Assembly (NCBI GenBank): GCA_002633005.1
Contig: NMRA01000314.1
Location: 282,898 to 346,897 of the forward strand
Source of the DNA: Phoronis australis
Taxonomy: Eukaryota > Animalia > Phoronida
Direction of reading: 5' to 3'
Length of the DNA: 64,000 bases
A program made the position numbers and the translations under genes. Positions 41,413 through 54,111 of this stretch are shown in pieces. How positions within the stretch are numbered: the first letter of the stretch is position 1; the number at the start of each line of letters is the position of its first letter. The notes beneath the pieces are model-generated. The model was not told the DNA's origin. It saw nothing but the letters and a program-made list of their open reading frames with translations, and did not search any database.

Positions 41413-41720
41413 CCGCCAGGTCTTTATCAATGAGTGAGGAGTTTCCCGCCTTTCACTAGTTAAGAATGTTCGAATACACGGAAGGTAAGTGGAGACCTCG
41501 GTCCCGCTTCAAGAGAGGGCGCTGAGTGCTGATGTTTATTGATTCTTTTAAACATCAGCACTCAGCGCCCTCTCTTGAACCGGGACCGATATCTCCACCC
41601 ACCTACCGTGTATTCGAACATTCTTAACCAGCGAAAGGCGGGAAACTCCTCACTCATTGATAAAGACCTGGCGGACCAGGTTGAAACGTCTGCACCCAAT
41701 CTACACTGTCTCTAATTAAG
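41413..41720. mobile_element. Penelope-like retroelement (PLE) 3' remnant in foldback arrangement
   Basis: 126-bp inverted arms (41413-41538 / 41549-41674). The arms translate to KESINISTQRPLL(K/N)RDRGLHLPSVYSNILN*, resembling the PLE GIY-YIG C-terminus (KEAIxI...PxLNRDxG...LPxVY). A hammerhead-like motif follows. Confidence 0.75.
41650..41696 (+). ncRNA. Putative minimal type-I hammerhead ribozyme motif (PLE-associated, variant core)
   Basis: ttgataa (variant of CUGAUGA), a, stem II gacctgg-cgga-ccaggtt, gaaa, then cgtc (palindromic ACGU mini stem III and GUC site). Stem I pairing is weak. Confidence 0.55.
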
Positions 41721-42809
41721 TGATTATCTTATACTGCTTGTTCTGTCACACGAGGAATGCCAGAAAAAAGTCCAAGATACACTATACAGAGAACTAAGCC
41801 AGTCCTAGCTAACATCTTCTTTCAAGGAAAAGCACTCTACATCACCCCTAATCTGCGACATGACTTCATTCATTTCAGAAAACAAAGCGTATTTCATTAA
41901 AGATGGGGAACCGCGATCATACGGTGTCCTTGAAACAAATCGGATTTTTTTGTCACACATAAAGTAAAATAATTTTGTTTACACTATAATCATTTCAATG
42001 TAACACATTTTTAATGTGTTAACTGTGTAGGTGCTGAAACTAAAAAGAACAAATAATTGGATATTACAAAGATGGCTTTTCTAGGCAAGTGTCCTCGTCC
42101 TAGATTTACGTTTCAGCAATTCACTGTTGTGTCAAATTCAGTTTCAGTGTTGAGGAAGGCACAACCCTATGACAATAAGACCCTACGACAAGACCCCATG
42201 GCACGACCTCAATGAGTCACAGATTTTCATATGACAAACAATTTGAACTTGTATTTTCCGTTACACAGATTAACAGGAACTGCAAACAAAAATTTACAAA
42301 AAAGTTTCAGAATTGCTACTAATCTTAGAAAAAGTGTTGCAAGAAAAACCTGGTTTTTATTGCCATTGCCAACGGCATAAGCAAGCTACAGAAATATTTG
42401 AGCTTAAACTCACCAAACGGCAATTACGTGTTTCAGAGAGATTTTACCATTTATTGAAAACCAGCACAAGCTCATAAATGTAAGAAATCTATGCAGCTTT
42501 ATAATTTAGCAAGTTGTAAAATAAACAAATTTGTCTTTCTTTCCCTGCTACAGAGACACATACAAGAGACCTTTCAATTGTTCATTATAAATATTATCAT
42601 TCAAGGAACTTTCGCAATAATGTGCTCAACTTTTGGAATGTACGATACGTATAACTTGTTAACATCAAAGTCAGGTCACAGTTAACAGACAAATGCATTT
42701 AACTACGAGGATTAGTTACAGAACTTAAATTCATTTAAAATCACAACACTTCTTCAACAGTACAACAACTCCTCCCATACAATACATGTAGGTTGTTGAA
42801 TAGGGTAAC

Positions 42810-42897
42810 TGTTGGATATCGAAGCGTGCCCGCATTCTGAGAACCAGTTTTCTCCACTGAATAACGGGCATCAAACTGGTTCTCAAAATGTGGGAAC
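42810..42897. mobile_element. Copy of the 694-802 MITE family (other copies at about 17624-17711, 19821-19918, 52750-52828, 60797-60859)
   Basis: Shared core tgagaaccagttttctccactgaataacgggc..aaactggttctcaaaatgtggg. Confidence 0.75.
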
Positions 42898-43616
42898 AAA
42901 TCACCCTGAATAGCACAGTAAACTAACCTAGGGTTGACCAGACCACAAAGTTATGAGGAACATATGTCATATCCCCATACCATCTCAACCTGAACTGAGA
43001 TATCAAGCTCAAGTTGTATGTAGAGAGCTATATGTCCATTTCATATACAGCATCTGCGTGATAATTTCAGAGTATAAAAAGAAGCAAATAAAAGTAGTGA
43101 ATTGATGTGCAAAACTCTCTTTAGCACTCATCTAGTTCCAATACTTACTGCAGGCCATCAATTACTTATGCTCAGCCATAAAACATTCCACTGAAATGTC
43201 TTAACTAAATACGATGGCTCTAAAAATCTAGCTCTGGTTTTTGGGTCATACCATGGCTATAATTTGAGGGGTGATCAGAGGGTCGGCTGACAAGTTGATT
43301 CACAATTTTGGTTGTTCTGTTAACACATTAGGCGTTTATAACAATTAATTTGGCATTTTTCTGATAATCATCTACTTCTGATTCGCAACTGATGAAGTAT
43401 ACATTTTTTTTGTATATCATAACATAACTATTACCACCAAAACAAGGAAGTAATTTAGAAAGCAGTATGAGATGACCATGATTTCCAACGGACTAAAATA
43501 ACTCTACACTTTCTCTCATTTCAGTTAATGTCAAGTCACCCCTGAGGCCAAGCCATTAATGTGTTAGAAGTGTTGATTAATGCAAACAGTTGAATTGAGG
43601 AGGTCTTTTATTAAAC

Positions 43617-44020
43617 CTGCATAGTGCTGCCTGGCTTGACTAAAACTGCATAGCGCTGCATGGCTTGACTCAGACTGCATAGGGCTGCGTGGCTTTACCA
43701 AGACTGCATAGCGCTGTGTGGCTTGACTAAGACTGCATAGCACTGCATGGCTTTACCAAGACTGCATAGCGCTGCGTGGCTTGACTAAGACTACATAGCG
43801 CTGTGGGGCTTGACTAAGACTGCATAGCACTGCATGGCTTGACTAAGACTACATAGCGCTGTGGGGCTTGACTAAGACTATAGTGCTGCCTGTCTTGACT
43901 AAGACTGCATAGCCCTGCATGGCTTGACTAAGACTATATAGTGCTGCCTGGCTTGACTAAGACTACATAGCCCTGCGTGGCTTGACTAAGACTGCATAGC
44001 CCTGCGTGGCTTGACTGCAT
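43617..44020. repeat. 29-bp minisatellite (gactgcatagcgctgcgtggcttgactaa), about 14 copies
   Basis: Directly visible. Units are contiguous with no unique spacers, so this is not CRISPR. Confidence 0.95.
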
Positions 44021-47000
44021 GCCAGTGAAGACATGCACAATTCAATCTAACCACAATAATTAAAAGTGAAAATAAATTATTGTATAAAATGCACCTTCAT
44101 TCCCAATTAAAATACAACTATGTGTCAAACAAACCAGATGCTATGTCCCGTCGCATGAAACATGGATTGAATTCCTAAAGTAGGGGTTCAACAAAGTTCC
44201 ATGAATGTTTCGCGTATTTATGTCTTTGTTTTCTACCAAATGTTCTATTTTCTATAATCTCATCTTCATTATGAGCTCTTTTATGACTAAGAACAGTTTC
44301 TAATAGTATAACTAAAAACTGAAACAATATTTCAATGACATTAAACAGGAACTAGGCCGAAAATTAGGAACATTACATGAAAAGATCCCTATTTACTTTC
44401 AGTGATAATGAGAATTCAATGTACAGCTTTGTCACAGTGTGCATCAAAGCCAGAACTTGACTTAGTAATGAGAATAAAACAGCATTAGACAGAGTAAATG
44501 TGGTTAAGGAACATAACTGAGTCTCTTAAAATTGTGACTGCTTCATGCATTGTGACACTGGAAACTAAGCACAATGCATGCGTGACTGATACGAGGAACA
44601 CAAAGGAGACAAGGAGGAAAAATAAGGACACAGGAAGAGGAATTGGTTGTTGTAATGTCTCACGTGCCCAGTATGAACCTTGAGACTATTGTGTTTGACA
44701 TAAAAGCTTAAACTGAGTCAATCTGTTTGACCTTACTAGAGATGGGGAGACCGCCCCTTAGAAAACAAAAAATAGCGAGGTCCTCCATAGCGTGGAAGAG
44801 GAAATTAAAAGTGCTGGATTAAGCGCCATAATGTCGGTTGATGCCCCTGCTGCATACAGCGCCACTTAACACGCCTAATGAGATATACCAATTCCAGGCG
44901 TGATCAAAAAACCTCACTATCAATTAAACAGAAGCTTACTACCAAGTTAAATCTCACCAGTTTACAACCCAATTTTATGTACATTCTATTTTCTCAGTCT
45001 GAATTGGTGAAATTTTACAGTAATCAGGAATACTTTAAGAGAGACATACGCCACGGTCTCAACTTTATGAGTCGACTTCAAGGATTTATAGGTCACCTAT
45101 TACAAGTTTTTTGGCTTTTTTCTGGGTTTTTTGGGTGGCATCTTGTTATTTTGTCTACTGGTCCAATACATTACACCATTTGCGACTGGAATAAATGCTA
45201 ATTGCACAGAATCAGGCCAGTAACATCATTAGCGGGGTGCCACTTGACCTCAATACTGATAACCATATGGGGATAATTTTGAGCAAAATTGAAGTTCTGT
45301 GACTTCCCAATACCACCTCAAAAAGGCTTTAGCATCTAACATAGACAGAATACGCAGCGGGATTACAGAGAACTTTGATAGCAAATTAAATCCGTTCAGA
45401 AAATCATTCTAATTTTTCATGCGAAATTAGACCAACTAACAAAAAAACTTGCATTAGTTAAAACCATTCCAGCCACATGTATGTAATATCTGCTGGATCT
45501 TAGATCAGATTTCCTGATAAACAAGCCACTCAAAAACAGCGGGAGTTGTACAGTTTGTTGCTACTGAATTTGAATTTATATGTACACGTGACGTGCACGT
45601 TTTTGGATGTCTGGAGGAGTTGGATTGATGTTAAGATGAAACCTCACTTTAAACTACGGCAAAACGTTTCTTAAGATTTTAAGTTGCCGTGCCAATTTTT
45701 GCTGACTCAGCAAGCACTGGGAGATCTACTAAGGTAGTAAATGTAAATATTTGAGTTTCAATACATTCAGGAGATTCTGTTTAAGTTCACTCTTGTTTGT
45801 TACGGAATTGTACTGAGGTGTTTGGGCATACTCCTGCTTTTCAAAAATGTGCCGACTGGAGCCCCAATATTTTTGAGGAGATCACAAGTTTGTGCCCATT
45901 GGGGTATTTTGAAAACTACTAAAATAATGATTTAAAAGCTTTTTAGTTTAATTTTTCAACTGAAGATCAAAACGTTCAAAGTTCTAGTTGAAAACTAATC
46001 AGTGTTTGTGAGTGGAGTGCTGTAATTCTGTCAAAGCACCACGCAGTGTTAATTAGGTCAAGCCAAAATCAGAAACATGAAACAGTAATTAATCAAGTAA
46101 GGGGGAGTGAATGTTTCTGTTGAAGTAATTAGTGAACTCCACACACAGTTTTATTCTTGTGTAATTAAGAATGTTGCCTCGGCATACAAAAATACTGAAC
46201 GAAGGGTTAGAGGCCAAAACATGAACTGAATAGAAGTTCTTTCCAAACTTCTCTTTTTTGTTCTTCAGATGTTAGATTCAGATGGTTTCAAATGAGAATT
46301 GTACACAGAATTTTAACAACAAACGACTTTTTTATGCGAATTGCTATTTTTCCAACTGACCGACGTACCTTTTGTAGGATTGAACCTGAAAATCGAGAAT
46401 ATTTATTTCGGGGTTGCACTTTTGTTAAGTCTTTTCGGAAAAGAATAGCTGAATATTATATTCACGCAAAAAATGCTTTATTTGGTAAAACTGGAAAAGC
46501 GCATGAACTGTTGAATCTTATTGTTCCTTTAGCCAAAAAGCGTATATACTGCAGCAAGCTGAAAGTAGGTTACCTCCATCTATAACACTTTTCAAAAAAG
46601 AATTAGAAATTTATTTCACATTCGAAGAATATAATTATTGTAAAAACGGATTAGGAGATCTATTTTTCCAAAGATGGTCTGTTATTTACTCTTTAAAAAG
46701 AAATACAGATGGTATTTTTGGTTTGTGAAATTGAGTTATCGGTGAAATGTGTGTGTGTGTGATGTGTCACTGGGGATTTCTATCTTTGTACTGTGTTATT
46801 ATTATTGCAATAAATGTTAGTAATACGAAAAAACATGAACCAAAGCAAATAGTCTTAAAGATGGCACTGCTGCATGGGGCTAAAATGATGCCATCTGAAA
46901 GATTAATCTTTTACGTTTTTAAACAATTTTCTTTTCCCCCATGTTCTCATGATGCTGACTGGTGACAAAATAGTGGATCTCTAGTCGACACAAACAAGAA

Positions 47001-48365
47001 TAAGACAGTAAACACTTCCTTCATAATTATGAATTTGATGATTATACATCAACTTGACTTTTAAATTATTGACTAAATCAGAGTCTGAATAATAAACTTC
47101 AACAATCTTTGACATCAAAGTGACATAGATGAGAGTGTAAGTAGTAGATAAAGGACAAAGAAAAGGGGCAAAGCAGTGTTTTTAAGCAGCATATTAACTT
47201 TTAAAGGCCAAATTCGCTAATTTAGGATACTGTCTACATCATGCACATATAGCAATGTTAAGTGGTTTAACACTTATGATAAAATCGTTTACGTTTATGA
47301 GAATGGTGTGGTGTAAAGTGCTTTATGTAAAGAAAGTTGTTCAATCATACAGAAATTGGACTCAGACTTTGTCAAGTCAACAGGAAAACCAGAAGGATAA
47401 CAGGCAAAAATAGAAGAAAATAATTTGTAACATTTAAATTGAGCCTTCTATACTTCATTCATGGAAAGTGAAAACATCTCGGTGAAACTGTGTTTCCTGG
47501 AGAGAATTGCCAAGTGAAAAGTGAAATGCACGCATGAGCGCCAAGGTTACTTAACAAATAAAAACTTTGTGAAAATTTGGCCGACAAGCTAGACCTTTAC
47601 TGGTTGCTAATTTGAGCAACAACCCTGTGGAATACAGGATTGCACTTAGCGGATATTAAAATGGCCTTTTGCCAATTGTTTTTGAGCACAGCTAGTTTTG
47701 ACTTGGCGTACTTAGTTTGTATGAGAAGATGATAGGATGCTAAGAAACAGTTGCATTTTGGACCTGTTCAGCTGGCTATCGTGGTAAAGAATGTTGAGAT
47801 TGATTTTACAATAGCAAAGGGCTTAATTCAATATAAGATTTTTAGCCAGAAAAACAAGACCAAGAGATGCTTTAAGGAAAGACGTTTAGAAAAAAATAAC
47901 TCACCAATTCACTGGACAGGCACAAATACTTAAGCACAGTAGAGTCATCGAACATTGACTCACAAAATGCCCACTCAGTCTCCATGGAGACTCTATAGTT
48001 ACGGCCACCTACACCATGGTGGGTAATGAAAACAGGTGAATAAGTGAAAGAGCAGCTGATTACACCACCCACTGACATGCGACATTTGTACTGGGTGTAC
48101 TGAAGTGCTCAACATTAACTGGACAAATAGCGAATGTGGAAATCTCAATGCGCATGCCCCACACCAGTTCCTCTCTATTGCATTCTGGGATAGTATGTAT
48201 GCCTAGGAACAGCGTGAGAGTTTCTATACGGAAGAGATTATTATATTTAGCTGACATTTTCAATTATTAAGACTAGAAAAAATATGTTACAAATTCTCAG
48301 TATCTTATGAAAATCATTATTTTAAAAAGTTGTGCAATCCAAGACATGCTTATAGTTTACCTAGC

Positions 48366-49659
48366 CCCGGTCTCCAGTCTCCGTACTCAGACTCGAATCA
48401 TACTCAAACTCGCACTTCATTGCCGCCAATTTTTAAAGTCCTTCTTACGACGATTCCTGGCAATTGGCGAATGCTAATCCCATGTTGACGAGTCGCTACA
48501 AGGGTCAAAAGCAGGTGTGGGGTGGGGATTGCCGTGATTGAAGTGCATGTGCAACGGTTTGTACGGTTTCCTTAAGACGAGGAAAGTTAAAACAAATTTG
48601 CTTCCCTGTCAGATTTCACATCGTAATTTAGTCATCGATAATTCCTCAATCCCCGAATGATATTCAATATTTTGTTTGCCGATTTATGAGTAGACGTCTC
48701 ATCCCGTTCACTTATCAAATCTGAATGCCTGCCTATAGTGTACTACATGTGTTTTTAACTCACGTGCCAAATGTCAGCTAACTTGATACATCCCGGTATT
48801 TGCAAAGATACAGTATCAACGTTTTGACATCAGCATACACGGCAATGGCTTCTATGAGAGAACAGGGGTTGACCAGTAACCAAACAACTGCAGCCCAAAA
48901 ATGTCGACTGGAGTTTCGGGCTCATGACGTGGACAACCGGTTTACTAGAGAAGAACACCACCACTGGCAATAACGGTACAAACTTTTGAAATTCGACCTC
49001 CCGTCAAAGGAAATGTGCAATTCGGAGTCTCCCCTAGAAATGTTGACTGCAGGCCTGAGATATGGTACACGACCCCCGTACCGGGGTCACCGCCCACCAC
49101 TGCAAGCCATCAATCGTTGGTGTGACCATGCCAGTTTTAGGAGTAAATGAGTCAAGTGTAGGGGAGAATGCCCCCTGACTAAATCAGACACTGAGATTTT
49201 GGCTGCTCCGCTCCGGCCGACTGACTTTCTTTGATAAGCTGTTTCAAATTTCGGGAGATAAGGAACTCAAGAAGTAAAGCTTAATAATTGGCAAATGTAT
49301 GAAATGGTAGAAGAATATTGTAATGAAATTGAAAAAATGAAAAACAGTAACAGAACACTCAGCATTCCACCTTATACTCTTGTAATTGTAGCCAGAGCTG
49401 ACGATAACATAGTTGCTAGGGTAGTCGATTCGAATATAGGGAGCGCTGAATCAGTGCGACTTTTCGTGGTTTTGCATTTCACATCATAACTGAAGAGTTA
49501 GAGCAACTTGAGTATGATTCTCATATTTGAGTATGTTTTGAGTCTACTCAAAATGCGACATTAAATACGCTTTTGCGAGTACGACTCCAGTGAGCATGAT
49601 TTTGAGTATGAAATCTTGAGTACGAAGTGTGAGCCTGAGTACTGAGATTGCAGACCGGG
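48366..49659. mobile_element. Non-autonomous DNA transposon of about 1.3 kb with about 30-bp imperfect TIRs and subterminal (tactca/tgagta) repeats
   Basis: Left end cccggtctccagtctccgtactcagactc; reverse complement of the right end is cccggtctgcaatctcagtactcaggctc. No clear TSD. Confidence 0.65.
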
Positions 49660-50508
49660 ACCCGGAGTCACAGTCGACGGAGGTGGGGTGCGACAAAACA
49701 TTTCTAAAATAAAATACAGTTGCATGTTTCCTGCACTGGTTATTCGTTTAATATTAATTTTTTGTTAAGAAATCAAATAAAATAACTTTATTGACCGCTT
49801 CCGTGCTAAACATTCGTTACAACAACACCCGGCAACACTGTACACAATTGGTTGTCAAGCGATGGAGCCATACATTTCCCATAATGCAACTGCGGCGGCA
49901 AATTCAAATATGGCGGATTTGCACATTCGCTATTGAACCTAACTTCGCAGTCAAAACGACTGGGGGCAAGTAAAGTGCATCATCAAAGTCATTGTCTTTA
50001 CTATCAGCAATACGCAGGAGTTTATCAAAAAGTTAATAAGGTGAAAGTAACAGAGAGTTAACAAGGGGAACATGCAATTCCATAATTAGGATTTTTAAGA
50101 AATGACCAGTCATTTCAATTGTATCTGTTGTCATCAGAATCAGAAGTCAGTGCGAGGAAAGGACATTTTGTCAGTAACTTTGGTGTATGCTACAGGTTAT
50201 CAGGAGGGCGTTCCTGATGCACAAATAACTATGTGCTCTGCCCTGGTCAGAGTCACTGTCAATGCACATGGGCAATAATATCCACAAACACAGCTAGCAA
50301 CTGACACAATCTCTCAACTAACAACTCAATCACCCAGATGATATAATTAACCTATAAATTGCAGACAGACCCCAGGCATCATACAGCCAATGATACAGAT
50401 ATGATGAGAACAAGAGTGTAAGGTGTACTATGAGATGATTCATTTGCACACTGTTTTAATGTCATCTAACAGCCTCACTCATACATGCTCCACAACAGCA
50501 ACACCTAC

Positions 50509-50764
50509 CATCTCCCTCTGTGCTATGTCGCGACGTCCCTGAATGTCTCTTGTTTGACATATTCTGTAGGGCCCAAAGGGGCACGAGCCCCTCTGTAGGG
50601 CTATTACTGCCCTGCTCTGCCTTCAGCGACCGTACCATGCACCACTCGGGGTAGCTGCTAGGGGATGCCTCCATAACTTCCACCTGCTGACCCCTGGTGA
50701 CTGAGATCTCACCTTGGCTCTCCGCAGAGAAGTCCTCCACCACCAGTGCCATCTCTGGGCCATT
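50509..50764 (-). CDS. TRIO: Trio exon encoding SH3 domain 1 (NGPEMALVVEDFSAESQGEISVTRGQQVEVMEASPSSYPEWCMVRSL...EGLVPLWAL...STEGD)
   Basis: Acceptor gattctag|AAT, donor GATG|gtaggt; 256 nt, phase 0 to 1. SH3 signature DF...E(I/L)S...GQ.VEV...W..VR...EGLVP resembles Trio SH3-1. Confidence 0.93.
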
Positions 50765-51905
50765 CTAGAATCACATAAACAACAGGTGTCTTGAGTATGT
50801 AACAACTGATATTTACATAACTATCAACACATCTAGAATGATGAAGCACTGCAAAGTTTCCAGATTACAACCGTGGGGTGCAGAGATCCAACAGTCAGAA
50901 TGAGCTGTTTGTCATTGTTCACCAGAAACACAACCTTATGGCAGATTTCATATACTTTCCGTAAAGAAACTTAAGGTTTTTTCAACTAATTTATTTTTAG
51001 ACAATGAAATTTTATCCCTTAGGTAACCCACTTTTTACAAGACGAGATTCAGTACTGCCAGTGGGCTTGAATGAATAGTTTGCATTTAGAGACTCAATGA
51101 CTGGCACCATTATTCTCACTATAAGATTAAGTTTTCTTTGTGTGAATTTTACCAAACAAAAATGTCCTCTATTATGACTAATGGTACCCCAATACCACCC
51201 GACTCCAATCAGAAGTTGGCACACATACAAGGGTAGACTCAGGACTTTGACAGTCAGTAAGAGCCATTATGCTCTGTTTACACGGTTAAGATTTGAAACT
51301 GGTTTCAAACTTTCACAGGACGTAAATTTATAGCCAGATAAAAACATGTATATGTGAACGGGTATTCAAACGGGAAGTACACCACAATAGTTAACAAAGG
51401 TGAGTATCAGTTTTCTTGGCTTTAAATAGTAAACACCACACCGCTCAGCACTACGGATTTACGCCAAAAGAAAGATAACAATCACAACAGCATCCCACCA
51501 CACCTTGTATACATCACCAGTGCATCATTGCTGGAACTGATAACACTCGCAGACACACACTTAACAACAGCACACCCTATGGGTCACAAGGCAAACTAAG
51601 ACCCTTCCAACAAATGATGTCACACTGCTTACCTGACGTTACCGTGGTTACCTATTCAGCCTGGGAATTACCAGGTTATTTATGGAAGGCCCTCTAACTA
51701 ATAAATTGTGTTGTTTCAGCAGGAAACTAGACTGAGAAGTGATTAGAGACTGGCCAGCATCCAACAGCTCAGATTGCTAGCTGGCTAATAGACCTTTTTA
51801 ACATTTGGCATAGTGCTTTAAGAGCAGACATTAGTCCAAAGACTTACAAAGTGGGTGTTGGGCTAAAATATATGAAAGGTCACACCATTGGAAAAAATAT
51901 TACTC

Positions 51906-52044
51906 GTGTTACTTGAAAATGTGGAAAACAAGTATCCTAGATTGAAACTCCTCAAATTAGTTGAGAAGGCCGAGTGTTACTTGAAAATGTGGAAAACAAG
52001 TATCCTAGATTGAAACTCCTCAAATTAGTTGAGAAGGCCGAGTG
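51906..52044. repeat. Perfect 68-bp tandem duplication
   Basis: gtgttacttgaaaatgtggaaaacaagtatcctagattgaaactcctcaaattagttgagaaggccga occurs twice (51906 and 51974). Confidence 0.95.
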
Positions 52045-52384
52045 GCTCAGTAGAAATTTACACTGTAGCAACTGTGTGCACAACTGTGGTGATGACACGC
52101 AGTCATCCAATGACACTAAGACGTACGCGCCACATTCATCTGCACTCCAACAGTTTGCACCAGTCACTGCTACAAACTGAAAATGTGAACACCCAGCATC
52201 AATAAGTTCTACAAGAAACACAAATCAACAGGTGAAACCTCCAAGACGTGCCATCAACAACAAATCATTCTACAATCAAGCCACACATCACTCAGTGGAG
52301 TCCACATACCACCACTGCTTACCACAATCAACACATCTACACTATTTACTATAAGTCAACACACATCACCCAGTACAGCCAACA

Positions 52385-52472
52385 TACCATGCATGCTTAC
52401 CATGCGTGCTTACCATAAGTGTTTACCACAAGTGCTTACCATAAGTGTTTACCATAATTGCTCACCATAAGC
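52385..52472. repeat. 13-bp tandem repeat (accataagtgctt)n
   Basis: About 6 diverged copies visible. Confidence 0.85.
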
Positions 52473-53268
52473 AACACATCTATACCCATTAGGCCTGACA
52501 CAGTCACCAAGTGATGCCCTTCACACACCAGTACACTCCCATAACTATGTCACAGTTCTCAATCCTGCACCCACCATCATACCGTCTGCCTCCCACACGT
52601 AATGGTCCCATCACCTAGTGTCAGGTGATCACCACACAAATCAAGATGAATTACAGCGCTGATCTCCTTCAAACAATACTCACTTTGTTGGCCTCAAACC
52701 TCTGTCACTCAGTGATTACACGCCCAATAGCAGGATATAACAAGTCAACATTTGGAGAATTGGTTGTTCTGAATAACAGGCATAAAACTGGTTCTCAAAA
52801 TGGGGATACATTATGTCCAACTATTGCCAATGCCATGCCATTCACAGAAGTATGGTGGTGTTATAGCCAGATCGGAGTGACAATCGAATGGATCAATATG
52901 TACCTTATGTGAGACTATTTAGGTTGTATGCACTGATATCTGAAATAACCCATCTTTTCAAAGAAAAATGTCAACTCAAATGTTTCCCAATTGCACCACA
53001 GACCCAAACACCACCATTTAAGCACAGGTGACCTTGTGTAAATGTACACAACTCAAACATGGATTTTTGTTGTTCCATTTAAAAGTCAATCTTATACTGA
53101 ATACCTGTCAAGTTCAACTCACATTACATTTAACAAATTTTCTCCATGATTTTACACCAGGGCATATAGGCACAGGTGACACGTAGGTACACGGGTCTAA
53201 CTCTAGATATAGGCACATCTTGACACGTACACTGCACTACTACCACACCTTCATCAAACTAAGCTTAC

Positions 53269-53424
53269 CTTGCAGGTCACAAATCTCCTTGGTCTTCCAT
53301 TAATGTTGAGTACTTTCAGAAAAAACATAGTTCCATCATATCCACGAACAAGTGAAGACTGTGGAGATCGCAAGCGATCATTCAAAACATCACCGTCTTC
53401 TGACCCATGTTCATATTCATGCAC
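53269..53424 (-). CDS. Candidate 156-nt cassette or alternative exon (VHEYEHGSEDGDVLNDRLRSPQSSLVRGYDGTMFFLKVLNINGRPRRFVTCK)
   Basis: tgacag| acceptor with a weak pyrimidine tract, 52 open codons, donor AAG|gtaagc, phase 0-0. Confidence 0.35.
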
Positions 53425-54111
53425 CTGTCACTATGATGTAATATTCCTCGAAAAAGCTCATTTTTGCACAAATTCAATGGAAAAGCTGCCGTAGCAGATT
53501 TCCAGTAAACCCAACTCAGTGACTGGTTGTTATCCACACCAGTAAGGATGCTGCCTAGGTCATATCATAACTTAACAGTTGGCATTTGAAAGTCATACTC
53601 ATTTGAAGCCCTGAAGAAATTCCTTCAGACAGCTTCAGGGAAGATTTATTAGAGGAGTCGGAGGAGAGTTATGAGTAATGACTTCAACAGAATGATTACA
53701 AAAGACCAGTGAATTGTGACCAACTGGACAGTTTGCAAAGTAACTCCGACTTACCAATATGTGACCAATGAGTGAACAACAGATGAGAACCAGCGATGCC
53801 TTTTGACATTAATTTTTTATCTAGGCGACACAATAAGGTTACAAACCTGGTCACAACTTTTTCATTACTCAGATTAGTCACTCATGACTACATTGTGCAA
53901 AAACTGACGATTGGATATTTCTCGAGACCAAGCTCAACAAATTGGCATTTCAGATCTGCTCAAGTCACCTTATGATCTGACCACGTTTCAAGCATGAACT
54001 GTTGGCTTCTCTCAACACCTCTCAAAGTCATTTCTGATGGGATATAAAAGGGTGACCTAAATCAAATGGTGACCTAAATCAAACAGTGTTTTTGATAGAA
54101 GGTGGATTTAA

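Larger units (their letters stand above)
865..50764 (-). other. TRIO: Trio/Kalirin-family multidomain RhoGEF gene, partial (SH3-1, linker, start of DH2); 9 exons in window
   Basis: Hand-spliced exons 50509-50764, 38090-38201, 36329-36485, 12366-12425, 11316-11480, 9876-9979, 3335-3505, 1823-1892 and 865-954 all have AG/GT boundaries and compatible phases. They join into one 395-codon open frame colinear with vertebrate TRIO/KALRN as recalled (no database search run). Confidence 0.93.

Noticed and set aside
43617-44020. Regular 29-bp repeats resembling a CRISPR array
   Set aside because: Units are contiguous without unique spacers, there are no cas genes, and the context is a eukaryotic intron.
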